NCBI RefSeq assembly: GCF_009914755.1
Contig: NC_060927.1
Reading direction: 5' to 3' (one strand)
DNA: 64,000 nt
From: the human T2T-CHM13v2.0 reference genome, Homo sapiens
A program made the translations under genes and the position numbers. Positions 60,241 through 64,000 of the stretch are shown here, one piece after another. The notes under the pieces are model-generated. The model was not told the DNA's origin. It searched no databases and saw nothing but the letters and a program-made list of their open reading frames with translations. The stretch's first letter is position 1; the number at the start of each line of letters is the position of its first letter.

Positions 60241-60348
60241 TTGGGTAAAGAAAATTTTCTTCCCAATGCATTACCATCTGCAGCAGCGATGTTGGAAAAG
60301 CAATTTCAGTTGTACAGTTTGTGAATCGGAATTGAAAGAAGCTCTGGT

Positions 60349-60655
60349 GCAGCACTATTCAAAATAAATATAATGCAAACAACATATATAAGGGTAAATT
60401 TTCTAGAAGCCACATTAGAAGCAGTGAAAACAAGGAGGTGAAATGAATAATATAACTTATTTAACCCAATATATCAAAATATCATTTTAACAAGTATCTC
60501 ATTATTAATGAGGTATTTTGGGGTTATTTATTCAGACTAGGTCTTCAAAATTCAGTGTGTGTTTTAGGCTTACAGCACATTTCAATTCCAACTAGCCTCA
60601 TCTGAAATGCTCAGTAGCCACATATCGGCAGTGGTTGCCGTATTGCATAGCACAC
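60349..60655. mobile_element. MER33
   Basis: aaattttctagaagccacatt...ttaacccaatatatcaaaatatc...gctcagtagccacat...gtattgcatagcac. Confidence 0.8.
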
Positions 60656-60694
60656 CTTTTACGGATACAGATAGTGCAGCTTTTGCCTGTAAGT

Positions 60695-60856
60695 CAGTGG
60701 TTTGCAACCTTTGCTGGCATGGAATTATCTCAATGCCAGTATTGTAGATTTTCATCTAATTGATGTGGGGGTAGAAGAAGGGGATTTCCTAGGTATCAGT
60801 ATATTTTATGTCTTCCCAGGTGATTCTAATGTATAATGAGGGCTGAGAACCACTGC
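60695..60856. mobile_element. MER5-type MITE
   Basis: cagtggtttgcaacctt...cccaggtgattctaatgt...ctgagaaccactg terminal inverted repeats. Confidence 0.75.
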
Positions 60857-62535
60857 TCTAAGCAGTAGCAGTTTTGTACTCAAAGTCTTCAAATTATGCA
60901 AGGTAACAAGCCTGAAGCCCCTTTAACCCAGGTTGATAATCTGCCCACCATCTTCCCTCCCTGCTGCAAGCTCAGCTCTGGTCCCAGACTCTAGGCCAAC
61001 AACCTCAGTCTGGGAAGCTGGGTTGAGGAGCTCCAGGGCAGCCATGCTGTCCCATCATTTACACTTTGGCTGCCGGTCTCACTCTGACCTTTTTGCTCTG
61101 GCTCTGACAAATCTTCTGATTCTACCATTATTTTTAAAAATTTTATCAGCAAGAATGAGCTTGAGTGATTCTGGCTTCATCGTTGCATTGTGCCCTGTGT
61201 CTAAGCCTCTCTTGCCTGCCTTCTGGGAAACTGCTCAGTGTCGCTAGCCTGGTCAATTCTCTCTCTGGTCCTCTGCTGTCCTATCCATTTGCCTTCTCTA
61301 AGACCTACTGTGGGACTCTACCCTTTCTGTCACCTATTGGGACACTTATCACTGCTTACCAGGTCCTTCTGATGCAGCAAACTCACTGCTCCTCCTTTCC
61401 CCATCTTGCCGGGCCCCATTTCTCTGGATACCAGGTCCCACCAGCCTGACTGTTCTCTTCACCCCCTCCTGCCTTCTCCGAGCACCTGCCCCAGCTTCCC
61501 TCCATCGCTAAATAACCCTGCCCTGTCCAGTCCACATCAGAGCATCTTCAGCCCAGGCCCCTTTAGCATCCTGTCATAATGGCTCATTAATCTGTATCTA
61601 GGCACTTCGACCTGCCCAGGAAGCAGGCAGCTCTGCTTGCTTATTTCTATTTTTATCCCTCTCTCTTTTACTTTATTCTTTATTTTACTTTCTTTTTTTA
61701 GTCTCCTCTCCAGTTGCTTCTTCTGCTCTGGGTCTGCCACCCCCAGAGCAGGGAATAGAAAGTCTAATAAATAGTGGAGCAAACACGTTTCCCACACCAA
61801 TCACAAGAGGTGTTTGTCTCTGAGCTAACTCACTGCTTGTGGCTGCTTCGGGGTGTGAATAGGGCTACAAAGCCAGCTGAGAAAATCCCTCCAGGAAATT
61901 TGATTTCAAGCTCATAGTTTTCCCTCACAGCCTCTTGCACAGGAGTCACACAAATTTTTTTCCAAAAGTCCTGAGTATTGCTACCATCAGCTCTGGCGGT
62001 TCTGCTATGAGGGTATAAGAGCCCTTGGCTGAAAAGTTAATAATTTCCATGCTATTTTGCAAAAGCTTACAGCTGGTGTCCCCAGAGTCAAACTTGTCAG
62101 ATAAATAAAATTAAGGCTGTAAGGCTGTTATCTAAAACCTACCACAATTCTATTCCCAACAGAGATTTAGGGGAAGATGAAGATAAAGAGAAGAATAATT
62201 TCTAAATCAGTTCATCACACACACAAAGGCCAGGACTTAGGAGGCTCTTTTGTGTGAGGGAGGGCAGGAGGGATGACTTTCCCAGCTGTGGTGAATTCCC
62301 GCTGCTCCAGGCCACAAGGTGCAATTTCTGGAGCAGCTGGCCACTGTGGCTCTGTCCTTGGCCCTCTCCTAGAACTATTGTACCATAAATTGGCCTGGCC
62401 ATTGGACAAATGTGAGGTTTGTCTCTGGATCACTCAATCATGTCCATTGACTTGAAATGCTAGAACTTAGCAGCAGCAGCAATGGATGGGGTGAGCATTG
62501 CAGAACAGCAACATGAGGCCTGTGGAGTCCTGGAA

Positions 62536-62572
62536 GATGGACGGACGGATGGATGGATGGATGGATAGATGG
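62536..62572. repeat. (GGAT)n microsatellite
   Basis: Read directly. Confidence 0.9.
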
Positions 62573-62694
62573 GTGCATACTATGCTGACCATGAATAGAA
62601 TTTGTTCTTCCTTCTTATGTATAGCCAGAGATAATATTTTGAAACATCAATTGATATACTTTTTGTCCCTGATGATATGTTTTTATTTTTTGGC

Positions 62695-62840
62695 TTTTCC
62701 ACCGTTAAAAAGTAAGACATAATAATAGTATCTTCTTCACAGGATTGCCATGAGAATTAAATGAGATAATCTGGGAAAAGCTGTTTAGCTTCGGTATTAA
62801 TTTACAGTAAGGGATCAGTATATGGCAGCTATTGTCATTA
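62695..62840 (+). mobile_element. MIR fragment
   Basis: ataataatagtatcttcttcacaggattgccatgagaattaaatgagataat. Confidence 0.7.
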
Positions 62841-64000
62841 TCCTCCCCATTTGACGCTAATAAGTTGGTAGAACCTGGATAAGTCCTGCCCCACTAGAAA
62901 GCAGCTGCTGGCTTGAATTTCTGCAGACCCTCCCTCTTCCCTTTTAGAGGGAGAACAGCACCATTGAGGCTTCCCAGCACCAGTGTAGACCAGCTCTTCC
63001 CTCCCTTAGTATGACCTGAAGTGGTCACACTGTCTGAGCTGGAAGGAAAATAGAGCTGTGTATATGCTGGGGTTAGGGGTTATAGAAGAGGTCTGCTCTT
63101 TGGTTTTGAAAATTATAACCTATGGGAGAATTCCGCTGTGGTTTCTCAAAAAATCTAGGAACGGAAGCTCTCACTGTTCGTTTTAGGAGTCCAAGCCCTG
63201 TGGCTCTGATGGTCCTTCAGACAGGAAAGAAATGCAGAACCAGGTGGGTACAGAAGAAGAGATGCAGTTTATCCTCCCTCAGCAACTTTCCTGGAATTCT
63301 TCAAATAAACAGACCTGCAGTGATTCTCTGCAAATGGAGGGCATCCCTTGCTCCCACCACCCCTGTACTCACTCCAAAGATCACTGTTTGCCCTGAATGT
63401 CAAATATAGTTCAAAAGGAAGCAGATCATAACTGGAATCTGGCTCTGTCTGGCACTAGCTGTGTCTCTTGGGCAAATTAATTCTCCCCTCCAAGCCCCTG
63501 AGCTAAGGGAGAAGAAAGAGAAAGGGCCATCTTTGAGAAGTGGTGTTATTTGAGTTAAGTGGAAAGACGCTGGGGAAATAATCCTTTTTGGCTAGAGGTA
63601 CAGTCTGTGACTCCTCCAGGGGTCTTCTAAGTCCAAAGCCCCCAAAGAGGGCAGGGCTGAGAGCAGACAGAGCCCTCTGTGGCTGCGCAGATGGAGACAG
63701 CTTGATGAGAGCCAAGCCCCCTCCTCCCCATGTGCCACCTGCTGCTGATAGAGACAGCAAAGGCTGGAGCTTGGCAGAAAGGTGATTGTCAAATAGGCGG
63801 CCTCCATGCATGCTTAAGACCTAGATTTTTTTTTCAAAAAGTACATATACTAACTCCAAGAGGACCGTTCTTGAAAGCAGAACAGCTGCTGCGTTTTCTC
63901 TGTGAAGATGTCACCTGTAACTCTCACAACTTCTATTTTTCTGATGCCAGGCGACAATCATAACAAACCATTTTCACCAGTAAAAGCTTGCATCTGCAAT

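Overview
This is non-coding primate genomic DNA, most likely human or another great ape, because it carries a full-length SVA retrotransposon plus AluY/S/J elements. I found no supportable protein-coding exon, RNA gene or CRISPR array. The listed ORFs are explained by Alu, SVA, L1 and microsatellite sequence or by chance. More than half the window is interspersed repeats: about 21 Alu/FLAM copies, L1PA/L1M, L2, MIR, MaLR/ERVL/ERV1 LTR remnants and hAT/Tigger DNA transposons, often nested. The most notable features read directly from the sequence are: (1) a full-length old SVA (A/B-like) with a 13-bp TSD and a 21-bp 3' transduction carrying its own AATAAA and a second poly(A); (2) three separate 110-160 bp segments copied from about 0.7-1.8 kb away into old transposons (two inverted, one direct; about 80%, 89% and 98% identical), suggesting repeated local templated insertions; (3) several 27-38 bp tandem duplications, an (AAAAG)16(GGAA)n Alu-tail repeat, a G4-capable minisatellite and a candidate MEF2/TEAD/GC-box enhancer. 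I see no evidence of a new gene system. Repeat subfamily names come from recalled consensus sequences and need RepeatMasker/Dfam confirmation.
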